A stretch of 64,000 bases of DNA. Source: Octopus sinensis. Lineage: Eukaryota. Within the stretch, counting starts at the first letter, position 1. Each line of letters opens with the position of its first letter. This document shows positions 14,225-26,050 of the stretch, piece by piece. Made by a program: the position numbers and the translations under genes. Where the stretch lies: NCBI RefSeq assembly GCF_006345805.1, contig NC_042997.1, positions 141,980,001-142,044,000 on the forward strand, given 5' to 3'. The notes under the pieces are model-generated. The model did no database searches. It had not been told where the DNA came from and saw only the letters and a program-made list of their open reading frames with translations.

Positions 14225-14976
14225 TATATCTATAATGTTTGCTAAACTGATCAGCATCTAGCTAACTCATTCAATTATTATAGATACAACTGAATATATT
14301 AGAGAATGATAACTTGTTTTTTTTTTTTTAACAGACTCTTGTAACATTTTCAGTTTATACTTAAATGTATCATGTTAAATTTGACAAGGCTGTAAAGTTC
14401 ATTTTGATTTCAATTTTGTGCAACACAGTGGTTCTTAACCACTTTTTATCTATGGACTCCTTTGATTACTATTTTTTCCTGGTGGACCCCCATAGCCATT
14501 CAATAATTCTAGTTTTATAGATACTCCTTTCAAAATTCCTATTTTGCTTAACACAAAAAAAAAAAAAGAAAGAAACTTAGCAGTTCCTTGCAATTAATGC
14601 ATCTAAAGCAAACTTTTTTTTCATGAACCCATAAAATACAACTAGCATAACACCTTGGACAAGTGTCTTCTATAACACTCTCAGGTTAGCCAAAACCTTG
14701 AGGGGTAACCATGTGAAAACTGGATACCTTGGGAATTGGATAAACAGTAGTATGTTTCTAAAGGTACAAGATAATCAGGTTTAGGGTGATCTAAAGTGAA
14801 AGATGACCAAAAATCCAACTAGCTCCAACTTAATCAAAATATATTTCGAGTGCCCCACTATTTTTCTGCTGCTAAAATAAAATTCTGAATGGAATCCCAT
14901 AGTTATAAACCTTAATTACTATAAAGATTTGATAAAATATGACACAGTAAGATTAATCGTGTATGAGAGTATAAAC

Positions 14977-17783
14977 TAGGGTTGCCAGACGTCCCTTATT
15001 TGATAATTTAGTCCCCTCTCCTGTACTGACCTTTCAGGAACACCCCAAATGTCCCGTATTTAGTTCATTTTCAAATCTCATAATAAAAATATATTTTTAC
15101 TAACTTCTTATGGTTCTTAGTTGTAACTTTATAAGTAATTATGCTTTCTTTTTTCAAATTCTCTTGAAGAAAATAACCTAAATGTAACGAGGAAACTAGT
15201 GTTGCTAGAAGTTTACTAAAACTTGACATGCTTGCAACTTGATATTGTCAACAAAGTGTGTTGTTACTATTTGCCATGGCCCACTTTTTTCTTACTTAAA
15301 ACCCATCCATCCCAAGATGCCAAGACGTAAATGTAAATTTCATGATGAATATTCCAGCAAATGGACATTTATCAAACAAGGAAGAAGCTGTTTTGAAGCA
15401 AATTGTGGTGTATATAATTGCACTTTCAGTACTGAACATGGCAGGAAGTCTGATATGAAGCAACACTTAGAAACAGCAAAGCACAAAAGTAGTATTGCCT
15501 CTACTTTAAAGAAGTTGGTAAAATAACAAACTTCTTGATCAAGAAAAACAGAGATGAAGAAAGTAAAATAATAGCTGCAGAAGTTGCAATGGCAACTCAT
15601 ATTGTCCATCATTCAGTTCAAATGACTACTGTACAAACGTACTACTTCTAAAATTGCTTGCAAATTTTCAAGTGCTAAGACTAAATGTGCTGCAATAATA
15701 AAAAATGTGGCTATTACACCGTTGCAGACATTGTTAAAGATATAAAGAACTCTTCTTTTTATGGTATATCTACAGATGCAAGTAATCACAATGCTGAGAA
15801 AATTTTCCTGTTGATTGTGCAATGTTTTTCATGTGATAAAGTTATTGCAAGTAAGATCCCTCCCAAATGAGACCTCAGAAACAATAGCAAGCTTCTGCAG
15901 AGCCTCGTTGAGTTAGGACTGGATGTAAAGAAATGTACAGCTTTTAGTGGAGATAACACAAATAAAGTCTATTCAAAATTCAAGGAAAGCATGAAAGAAT
16001 TGCTGGAAGGTGTTGGATTTCCAGCCCATATTCTGCTGCATACCGTGGCCAATGTTCTTTCTGTTGATGAAGTAATTTTTGTTAAATTGTTTTCATACTT
16101 TAGTATTTATACTGTTCGATCTGAGAAGTTGAAAGATTTCTACAAGTTTGTTGGTGTGCAGTATGCCTCAGTGCTCTCACATTCTAAAACTCAGCTTTCT
16201 TTGATGAGAGCAGTTGAGAGAGTCCTAAGGTTATTTAAAGCACTGAAATTTTTTTTTGTTTCTGAGGAAAAGCCACCCTGCCATTCTTGTAGAATTCTTC
16301 AATAATCCACTGAGCAAAGTCTACTTATATCTTGTTCACAGTTTTGAATATGTTTTTACCAACAAGATTATGAAGATAGACTAGAGTGAAAACAGCATTA
16401 CTGAAGTGCTTGGTTGTTTAAAAGAACTCGTTGCAATTATAAAGGAAAGAATTAATGAAAAGTTTATTCCTCTCAGTGTGAAGGATTGCCTTAATAATGA
16501 CAACGTCAAATCTGAAGAGAAAAGAAATTTCTACAAGGCATTTGCCATGACTATCTTGAGAAATGGGTTCCGTCTTTTGAAAATTTTGATAACTTCACAT
16601 GGATGTTATTAGATACAGTTCAAGCATGGGAACATGTAGAATCGTCTTATCTAGTGTTAAAGAACAAAGGTAAAAAAATTGATGACAACATTCTTTTCTG
16701 TCAGTAGTGAACATTTAAAAATCCCCTTGCTAAAGAGATGCAGATCAAACCCGATGAATGGAAGACCAAACTGTGCCATGAAAGATGGTTTTCTATCTTT
16801 CAGTAGTTAGAATTTCAAGAACAATACTTCAAGTTGTACCAGTTCTTATTCAGCATACCAGCACATAATGCTAATGCTGAGCATGTTTTCTCAGTGATGA
16901 ATGTTCAATGGACTGGAGAATGAAATAAGTTGGATGTGGCTACTGTAGAAGCTATCTTACAATGCACATGGAATCTTAACTGTCAATGTTAACAAAAGCC
17001 AACTCATCAGTGAAGTATAACCAAAGGTTCAAGTTTAATTCTCATATGGTCTGTTAAGAAAATTTTGAATAAGCTTATCAGTTTTGTTTCTTTATATGTT
17101 CTCCATATAAAACAACTTTTTAGTCTATTTTCTGTATTGTTTGCATTAAATAATTTTCTAAATTATTTCTTTTGCATTTTTTTTTTATTGTCTCTATTGA
17201 ATAAGAATTTTGCAATGATTTCACTTTCTCAGTATTTCTTTTAGTTATCTATATTGCCTGCATTTAATAATTATATACAAAATGCTTTCACAGTAAAAGA
17301 TTTTTTTCTATATTGTCAAGTGATAGTGAGGAGACAAACAGATACATATATATACGACAGGCTTCTTTCAGTTTCTGTCTACCAAATCCACTCCCAAAGC
17401 TTTGGTCGGCCTGAGGCTATAGTAGAAGACACTTGTCCAAGGTGCCAGGCAGTGGGACTGAACCCAGAACCATGTAGCTGGTAAGCAAGCTACTTACCAC
17501 ACAGCCACTTCTGCGCTTAATTGTCATTAGATAAAAATGATTTCGATTTAACAGTTGTTTCTGTATTGAAGAAATATTTTCAAATTATTTCACTTTACCA
17601 GAATTTAATTTTTTTTAGCTTGTATTAAATAATTTTACTTTTTTCACATAACCCATTAAAATACTTGCTTTATGTTTTTTAACTTACGTCTTTACATTTA
17701 TATAATTGTTCTGGGTATGTAGACATGCATAAATTTATATATATAAAGAGATTTATATTTAGTTTTCTAATCTAGCAACACTA
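14977..17783 (+). mobile_element. Full-length decayed hAT DNA transposon (Blackjack-like TIR) in UBA2 intron 1
   Basis: TIR TAGGGTTGCCAGA / TCTAGCAACACTA; 8-bp TSD GTATAAAC at 14969-14976 and 17784-17791; frameshifted transposase with BED-like finger, ISTDASNH, FSGDNT, CxxH-like GFPAH and SIPAHNANAEHVFS; a SINE is nested at about 17335-17510. Confidence 0.92.
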
Positions 17784-19965
17784 GTATAAACCGAAGCTGT
17801 TCAAATGTTTCCCGCCATAAGATTTGTTGACATTCGCCGAGAAGCTAATTACAGAAGCCATCTTACGGAAATGGCAGAATAAATGCGACCAACAAAATTC
17901 CTAAAGATATTAATATATGCCTCGAACACAAACATTGTCAAAGTTTACTTCACTTTTCATCAATTCTGGATTCAATAAAATGGACTGTCCATTTTGGAGA
18001 TTCTAAATCAGGAGGGGGGATGAACATTAGAGAAATTTATAAAAGAGAAAATGCGAATGATCGCCGAAATTATTAACCATGAAAGATAAGTTTTACTAAG
18101 TGTGTTCGATCATCAATTAAATGGATGCATGAATTTCGTATTTCCAAAAAAAAGAAAAAAATATCGCTGATATATATATTGAATACAAAACACGGATTTC
18201 TACTAATTTAGCAAATGACTTGAAATAATTTTCATCAACTTGATTTTCCAATTTCGAATGTTTTCATTCTCGACTCTCTACATACCCCTTTGACTTTTGA
18301 GATCCCAATATTACGATAGTACTCGATCCTTCCTTTCAGATTTGTTTCTTATTGCTGTAGAGATGGGAGGCTGAGGACTGAGAAAGGGACAGGCCAAATG
18401 CTAGGCTTAATAAGATTGATTTTAAACTTGTCCAATACCATAGCGAAGAAATATCAGGATGCCCCCATGCAAAAAAGTCCCTAAAATCTGTTTGGGTATT
18501 ATTGTCAGTCAGAAAATCACAGGCCTTGTAACTATATTAGAAATTTTGTAAAAATAACTTATTTAAAATAGAGGAGTAACTAAACAAATGAAGATCTTAA
18601 CATTCCACTTTATAATAAAAGTCAATGAAAGGAAATGAAAATTCAAATTTCCAACAACATACTTACAAAAAAAAAAAGGTATTAGAGAACGAACCCTCAA
18701 TATATCACAATAGGACAATAAGTCTTGCATTTGTCAGCTCATACAGACGTATAAGTATTTATTAAAAACGTTGTAGATACTTCTACAGTTAAAATGAGAT
18801 ATATATATACAAATATTTTATATATTGGAGAGATATAGTTTGCCAGCAAACTGCTATCCTTTATAAACTCGTGTAAGAATGTGGCATAATACCTATCTCG
18901 TAACACTTGCCTGCATATTTGGGTTAATAAATCAACTTTTCAAAGCAATTTAATTGAATAATGTGATTTCCCTGATATTAGATTATTTCAAAGGTTTATA
19001 TATAGATCTCGAATCTTGATTGACAGTGTTTTGAGACAATTCACAAAAACGAAAATGCAGCAACATAGTGGAAACAACATAGAGAATTTGAATAATTAAA
19101 AATGAAACCAGAAATAAATGGAGAACATACAAAACTAACTTGGCATTCCTGAATTGGCGAAACGAATAAGTAAATCTTTAAATTAGATTATTAGACTATT
19201 TAATTTTTCGACGATATCATAAAAAGATTAAGTTAACATAAGTTAGCATTGTTAAAAAAGGGACAAAATAATTCGTAGCGAAAAGTACACAAAAATATGA
19301 TTATTTATTTGAAAGTTTATGGAAGAAAAATTTATGTAGATGTATATGTCGGCGCTTCTTCGCCGATATCCCCGCCTGTCATTTGGGCAACGAATGATGC
19401 CTGTCCATTTGAATGGTTTTACCGCACATCTATGCCATGTAGCCAGTCCTAGATATTATGTGAATAGCCAGGCTACTGTGCTTCAAGTTTTAGGGAATTG
19501 CAATTAGCACTAATGTCACAATAGACATCGTCTTTAGTGGATCGTTTTATTGTGACAAAACATCGTCTCGAACACATTTTATCATCTACCTCATGGATAC
19601 TTCAGGTGGAACAATGTAACATTTTCCGGAATAGATCTATGTTTGTCTTACTTATAAAGGTTCTCGGGATTGGAGAAGTGATTTTTGTAAATTTGGATCA
19701 ATGATTTTGCCTAGTATCAGATCAGGTAGTGTTTTAAAAGTTTAAACTATTAAAATGAAATATATTAGTTTTGCAACAATAAGTACGATATATATTTGTA
19801 AATACATGCGTAGGCAAGAAAAATAAATAAAGGGATAATTAGAAATAAGAAGTAAATTCACAGTTCTTTGTGTCTTTATTAACCGGTTGGTTCCATTTCG
19901 TAAAAAAAAAAAAGAGCATTGATATGAAAACGTATTCAAAAGCAAAATAAATGAAAGAAACTCAC

Positions 19966-20109
19966 AATTTCTATATCAGTAAATCCAGTAAGAACGAGGT
20001 TTTTCATCAGCTCACATCCTATACCACCAGCACCGACAACAAGAACTTTACTAGTCTGTATTTCGGCCTGCAAGTTTGGTTCTAAAACTCCACTGACTGA
20101 AGCCGCCAT
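19966..20109 (-). CDS. UBA2: SUMO-activating enzyme subunit 2, coding exon 1 (MAASVSG...[27 protein letters not shown])
   Basis: ATG in AAAATGG context at 20109; GAGGIG nucleotide-binding motif of E1 enzymes; 144 nt, followed by a GTGAGT donor. Confidence 0.97.
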
Positions 20110-21517
20110 TTTCTTTGTGACCAAACGAAGCTACTGCTGCTGCTGCTGCTGCTGCTTTTGTTGTTGTTGATGAAGCTGCTGCTGCTGTTGTCGCTGCTGC
20201 AATTGTTGTTGTTCTTGAAGCTGCTGTTGCAATTGCTGCTGCAGTTCTTGTTCTTGAAACTGCTGCTGCAATTGCTGCTCAAGCTATAATAACTACCGCT
20301 GTTGTTATTGAAGCTATTGCTGCTTCCTATCGCCACTGCTGCTGCTGCTACCATTGTTGCCGTTGCTGCTGTTGAAGCAATTGCTACTCCCTTTGTTGCT
20401 GTTGATGTTGCTGCTGCCGCCATTTTTTAAATCTAATGCTGCTGCCGTTGTGCAAATACAAGTTTCTATTGCTGATACATTTATTAAAGTTGCGGCGGTT
20501 GATATACTTGAAATTGCTTGTTCTTTCTGTTTTTGTCTACACTTCAAGTGTTGAGGATTTTATTTTATTCAAAAGATTAACACGAAAAGAATAAATGAAT
20601 TATTTAGCAAAAGAATATAGAGAAAATACAATACTAATTAAAAGAAACAACTGTATTATAAAAATGATCGATAAATTTGGAGAATGACGGCGTAATTCGA
20701 GGGCATTGGGAGTGTATAAGAACATCGTGGATTGCATGAAATACCGAAACGAAAAACCAAATATCGTGTACTTTCATTTTAAAAGGAAAACATTTAGACA
20801 ACTTAGTATTTTGTTAGATACATTAAAAGAAATTAATTTTCAGTCATCGTAGTTAACTGAGACTATGGATATTATCTCCTGCCAGTTGGCTTAGTATTTC
20901 GGAATTCCATTGAGATACAATTTTGAAAAAGTAATTTTAAGATGTATTGATTAGAGGAATACATGTAAAGAACATGTTTTCATTTGCAAATCGTGTTTAG
21001 TTCGAGAAATATTTAGGTAACTTGGAAGTATTTAATTGAAACGTTAATTATAAAATGTAATGATATATAAGAACCAAAAATTAGAAATGATGCGATTTCC
21101 TGTCATCATGTCAATATTTGGTTTTCATTTCGGTCTTTCGTGTAACCCTTGATATCCTATACCCTTCTCATTTGAAAATACGCCGTGATTCTCCTTTTAG
21201 TAAATCATATTAGTTTAATTTCCATTTCGTTAATAGAATATATTACAGAATATTAATATCATTTAACTAAACATAAGTTTGTAAAAGTGCGTTTCGCAAT
21301 CGTTCCACTTTCCTATCTTATTTTTACTGTAAACACATTATGACAGAAGCCCGCTCAATATAAATTACTGACATTTCGTTCCAGCTTCCAGTCCAGCGTT
21401 TTATGAAAAACTGCAACTAGTCAAGCCCGCTAAATATAAACGTGTTGACGGTTGAAGGAATTAATCATCCGTCTTTGATATTCTTAGTTGTTGAATCTGA
21501 AACTCTAAATAAATACC
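20110..21517. promoter_or_regulatory. Probable bidirectional promoter between divergent UBA2 and HAUS4
   Basis: Head-to-head ATGs at 20109(-) and 21518(+); visibly more CpG than the gene-body introns; YY1-like GCCGCCATTTT at 20102-20112 and 20416-20426; duplicated AAGCCCGCT(C/A)AATATAAA at 21347 and 21423. Confidence 0.7.
20131..20420. repeat. Degenerate CTG/TTG (CAG/CAA on the UBA2 strand) trinucleotide tract
   Basis: about 290 nt of imperfect CAG/CAA/GCA repeats, including a perfect (CTG)7 at 20134-20154. Confidence 0.9.
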
Positions 21518-21536
21518 ATGTATACTTTACGTACCA
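21518..21536 (+). CDS. HAUS4: HAUS augmin-like complex subunit 4, probable first coding exon (MYTLRT-I)
   Basis: accATG followed by a GTGAGT donor; phase 1 matches the next exon and gives MYTLRTINESLP, resembling the HAUS4 N-terminus; very short, so inferred. Confidence 0.7.
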
Positions 21537-22997
21537 GTGAGTAAGAATTGTAATATTTCTAATATATTGATTGTTGCTCGATAATTATTTACTTTTACCG
21601 GTTGTTTTTTTTTTTTCTTAACTAAACAGTCGCTTATTAAACTTAAATTATGAAGTTTCTGCAAAGTTTCTTAGATAGCCAATGTTTTCTTTTAGCCCTC
21701 TTATTAATGAGCTTTGAATTTAATAATCTGGGTTGCAAGACTAACATTTATATCTTGATGAAATTTATATAGACTTTTCCAGATATCCATCCATCCTCTC
21801 CGCCCATTATTCCTCAGGATCCTTTCAGAAGCTACTGGATTCTCGAACGTGGCACTATGGATATTATCTCCTGCTAGTTGGCTCAGTATTTCGAAATTCA
21901 ACTTAATATTTCAGCTTTCCGAATTCGAGTATCTTCTCCCTGTACAGGATACTGTGAGAGTATTCCTTCATAGAATTTGTGTAAAGACTTCCGCCCGTTC
22001 CCCCCACCCACATTTCTCCCAAATTTGTTTATTTAAAAAAAAAAAAATTTTGACAAAAATCCCCTGTTTTCGGAAACGGGTACCGGAAAATTGCCAAAAT
22101 CGGTATTGTGAAATTTTCCCCCAACAAATTCTTCAATTTTGACTTTCTCCCCCAACACTAACCCGAACTCTAAAATCTTAATCCTAAAACCCTAACCGTA
22201 AGTACAGAAATGTTTTGAAATTTTTGAATCATAATGTCCGTATTTTTTCGCATATTTAGAAAAAGAAATTCTTATAAAAAGAATTTTACAAACATTTTTG
22301 GGAATTTTTTCAGAATCATAATCTCCGTATTTTTTGGTATATTTTGAAAAAAAAAAATGACGGAAATGGGGGTGAGGTGGAAGGGGTAATTTAAAAAAGC
22401 CGATTTTTGCCAATTTCTTTTTTGCAGATTCGTATTCCCCGTGGCCAAAAAGAGGTTATACCCATTTATCATTTGTATTTTAAAAGTTCTTAAAACTTAC
22501 TTACGTTTTGCCTTTAAAAATTTACTTTTTCCGAAAGAAAGCACTTTGAATTTTTTTATTGTTTTCTTTATAAATAAAATTTGAAATAAAAATTTTTCAA
22601 AAATTCGGAAAACTTCAACTGCTAAGAAGGTAGATACTTTTACTTCCAGAGGACTCTTGAAATTAAGAAGCATCTTGGTCATAGCTGACGCAAAAGAGTA
22701 GCAATTGCAGACATGAACAGACAAGTTTCAAACCTGTGTTGCGATTTCATCTAACATTGGGTATCTTCTTTGATTGTCAACAGAGATATTTATATGTTAA
22801 ATTGTTTTGGCTAGACCAGTTTGTTAAAACATTTATGTATTCTGAAGTACAATATAGCATTGAAACAAAATACTTAAGACACCAGCAATTTATTAATCAA
22901 ACTAGCTATCAAGAATGTATTATATATGCAAATTGGTTGATCTAATAATAGTAGGTTTATATGTTGTATCTCTGTGGGTAGTTAAAGAGGATTATCA

Positions 22998-23028
22998 GCT
23001 GCTGATGAAATATTGAAACTAGTCCAGC
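22998..23028 (+). ncRNA. Ultra-minimal type I hammerhead motif in HAUS4 intron 1
   Basis: GCTG-CTGATGA-AATATT-GAAA-CTAG-TC-CAGC: stem I GCTG/CAGC, palindromic stem III ACTAGT, GUC triplet; stem II only 6 nt. Confidence 0.55.
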
Positions 23029-23083
23029 AGATCTCTTTCACTACAATAGAATGATTCTTTTTTCCTTTCCTTTCTCTACACAG

Positions 23084-23220
23084 TTAATGAATCTTTACCT
23101 ATTAAACTATCTGAAGAAGATGTGGAATCCATGCCAGAACTTGCAAATTTGCTCCTTGCACTATCAAAAAAAATTACTCCCAATGGCAACAGTATTAAAC
23201 TGCAAGAGAGTATTGAAGAG
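23084..23220 (+). CDS. HAUS4: HAUS4 exon 2 (NESLPIKLSEEDVESMPELANLLLALSKKITPNGNSIKLQESIEE)
   Basis: polypyrimidine+cag acceptor, GTAAAA donor; resembles HAUS4 LP..LS.ED.....LL..LS region. Confidence 0.88.
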
Positions 23221-23749
23221 GTAAAATTTATTTTGTATAGATGTGGGGTTTACTGGTTTTTTATCAATCTCATCATCATCATCTTTATTTAACATCTGTT
23301 GTTCATGCTGGCATGGGTTAGACAGTTTGACTGGGCCAGTACGCTGGAAGGCTGCACCAGACTCCAGTCTGATTTGGTATGGTTTTCTACGTCTGGATGC
23401 CCTTCCTAATGCAAACTGATCCAAGAGTGTAATGGGTGCTCCTATGTGTCACTGGCACAAGTGCCATTTTCATGACACCAAAGTGTGTTTACATGCCACT
23501 GGCATGGGTGCCAATTTGTGTGATGCCAGTATCTGCCAATGGTCTTGGTCATTACCTCATCTAAGTGAGAAAATTTAATAGTTGTTTTACCCCTAATTCA
23601 CCTTTGATCAGAGATCAAAGTTATTCTAGCCAAGACTACCCATATTTGTTTCAAGACAAAGTAGCCAATCTGTCCTTTGTTTTTAAGATGGTAGATTATG
23701 TGTTGAGAGAAAACTAGTAGTTTTTTTCTAGCAGGTCAAGCAACTACAT

Positions 23750-23925
23750 AGAAGTTCCTTTGTTGACTCAAAGGTTTGTTTTTAGGAAGTGACTTTACCC
23801 AGGCTATTCTTATTCTAGCAGTTACACTCTCTTGGTCACCTAGGTAACGGAAGCTATCAACTACTTTTAGTTTTTCCCCCTGGAATGTGATGGAGGCTGT
23901 TTTCCGCACATTTTCAGTGTTCATT
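23750..23925 (-). mobile_element. Short fragment of the same RTE LINE family
   Basis: NTENVRKTASITFQGEKLKVVDSFRYLGD..ESVTARIRIAW closely matches the 45.6-45.8 kb copy. Confidence 0.85.
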
Positions 23926-25918
23926 GCTTATTACTTATTACTAAAATACATTAGTATTTTAGTAATAAGTTAATGAGAGATTCATAAATATTTTTCCTTA
24001 TTTTGGCACAAGGCCAGCAAATTTGAGGGGGTGGTGAAGTTGATTACATCAACTCGAGTGCTTAATTGGGGCTTATTTTATCATCCCTGAAAGGAGGAAA
24101 GGCAAAGTCAACCTCAGTGGCTTTTTGAATTCAGAATGTAAATTTGGAAGAAATGCCACTAAGCATTTTGTCCAACGCAGCAGTGATTCTGCCAGTTCAC
24201 TACCTTCAAGAAATATTCATTAATATATTAGTAATTAGTTCTAAAAATAATGAATTAGCTGAGTTGTTAGGATGTTGGCTACAATACTTCCAACCCTCTG
24301 TCCTCTAAGTTCAAATCACATCTAGGTCAGTGTTGCCTTTTATTCTTTTGGAGGTAACATTTCAGATAGGTGGATTTCCAGAACTGTTAGAGCATTATTT
24401 GGGATGCTTTGCAATATCTGTCCTAGTTTCACATGAACTGAATTCAAATCCCACCTTTGTCGGTGAAGAAGAAAACAACAACCCTTTTGTTAGGTGTTTG
24501 TGCCTCCCAGGTAGTATCAGCAATGGAAAAGAATACCAGTGAAAACATAGCTTCTTTGATTTGATTGAAAGGTCGTCTGCCACCACAACAGTAAATTCTT
24601 AAGCAATCATCATCATAATTGTTTAATGCCCATTTTCCATGGTGGCATAGGTTGGATAGTTCAACAGGAACTGATGAACCATAGAACTACATCAAGCTCC
24701 ATTTTCTGCTTTGGTGTAGTTTCTATGTCTAGATGCCCTTCCTAATGTTGTCCACTTTACTGAGTGTACTGGATGAATTTTTCATGGCACCAATACTAGT
24801 GAGGTCAACAACCAACTCACAAGATCTTTTGACTGAGGAGCATGGGAGGTGGCTTTATGCTAGGTGTTGAGAAGTCAAAGTAAGATAGAAAAATAGGAAG
24901 AAGTGTCTTACTGAAGGGGAAATACATGGCTTCTTCAGATTAAAAGAAAGAAAGGGATGGTTAGGTCATACTTCAAGGTACAAGGTGAACATAAGAGAGA
25001 GAATATGGATAGAGGGTCTGAAAGGGTAAGTGAGTAGGTAAGTTTGTGTGAGTGTGACTAATTATACACAGCAAATAAGTAGAAATTGTATCAACCCTTT
25101 CAATACCAACTTGCCCTAACCAGTGCTACTCAAAGTGGTGGTCTGCTGACTGGTGCCAGTCTGAGAGCCATCAGCTGCCAATACATGGCAAGTTTCCAGA
25201 AAAAAAGCAACATTATAAAATACTTATGTAATATTGTATTATTTGTTTACAAAATCAATATAATTTTTTTTAAATTGTCAACTTTTATTATATTCATTAC
25301 TTCCGGTTTAATTTAATATTTCAAAGAAATATTACTGGTCCCTGGCACATTGGGGGGAAAAAACTACCAGTATGCCACATCAGATAGTTTGAGAAGCACT
25401 GACATAGACCATTTCTGGCTTTTTAATATATGACCAGTTTTGATCCTTATGTTACCATATTTGTGTTGAACTACACCCTTTTTATTTCAATTAATTTTGA
25501 AAATAATAAAGAATTTACTAAAATATCTTGGTCATTACTAAGTTGATAATTGGGACATAAATTAACATTGAACTTTAACAGTAAGTTTGCATCATAGAAA
25601 CAAGGGCAGTCTTGGATGAACTGGTATCAAAAGGGTTAAAGTGTTCCTATTCAGAATGTTCTTTTACGTACTATTGCAATGACCAACTTAAAGATATAGA
25701 AGTTATACTAAATCTTTCTAATTGCCCTATTTTTCAAAAGGAATTGAGGTACATAGGCTGTGCCTTACCTGAGAAATATTCTAATGAGAAGGTCAAAAAG
25801 AACGATTACCAAAGTTATATAATTTCAATGTTATAAGCTTTTCTTCTTTGTTAGTAAAAAGAAGAAAGAGTAGCCATTTCTATTTTTTATTGACAGGCTT
25901 ATTAATTTTTCTTCACAG

Positions 25919-26050
25919 GCTGAAGATATTTTGACAAAGGAGAAAAATGAATGGTTACAGCATAAGATTTTACTAGCTGCAGCGAAGCAAGTATTAGTCG
26001 AATATGAAATGAAAGCTATCGATGAAGAGTTAAGTGAGCCTGATAAAGAG
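25919..26050 (+). CDS. HAUS4: HAUS4 exon 3 (AEDILTKEKNEWLQHKILLAAAKQVLVEYEMKAIDEELSEPDKE)
   Basis: cag/GTAAGT; 132 nt open; WL..IL....L.V.Y pattern of HAUS4. Confidence 0.9.

Noticed and set aside
20354-20554. Plus-strand Leu-rich ORF (MLPLLLLKQLLL...) that looks like a signal peptide or TM protein
   Set aside because: It is the reverse reading of the CAG/CAA tract, with a non-ATG start and no splice or homology support
22140-22200. Telomere-like AACCCTAA motifs
   Set aside because: Few and degenerate, embedded in an AT-rich non-autonomous repeat; not a telomeric array or a telomerase template
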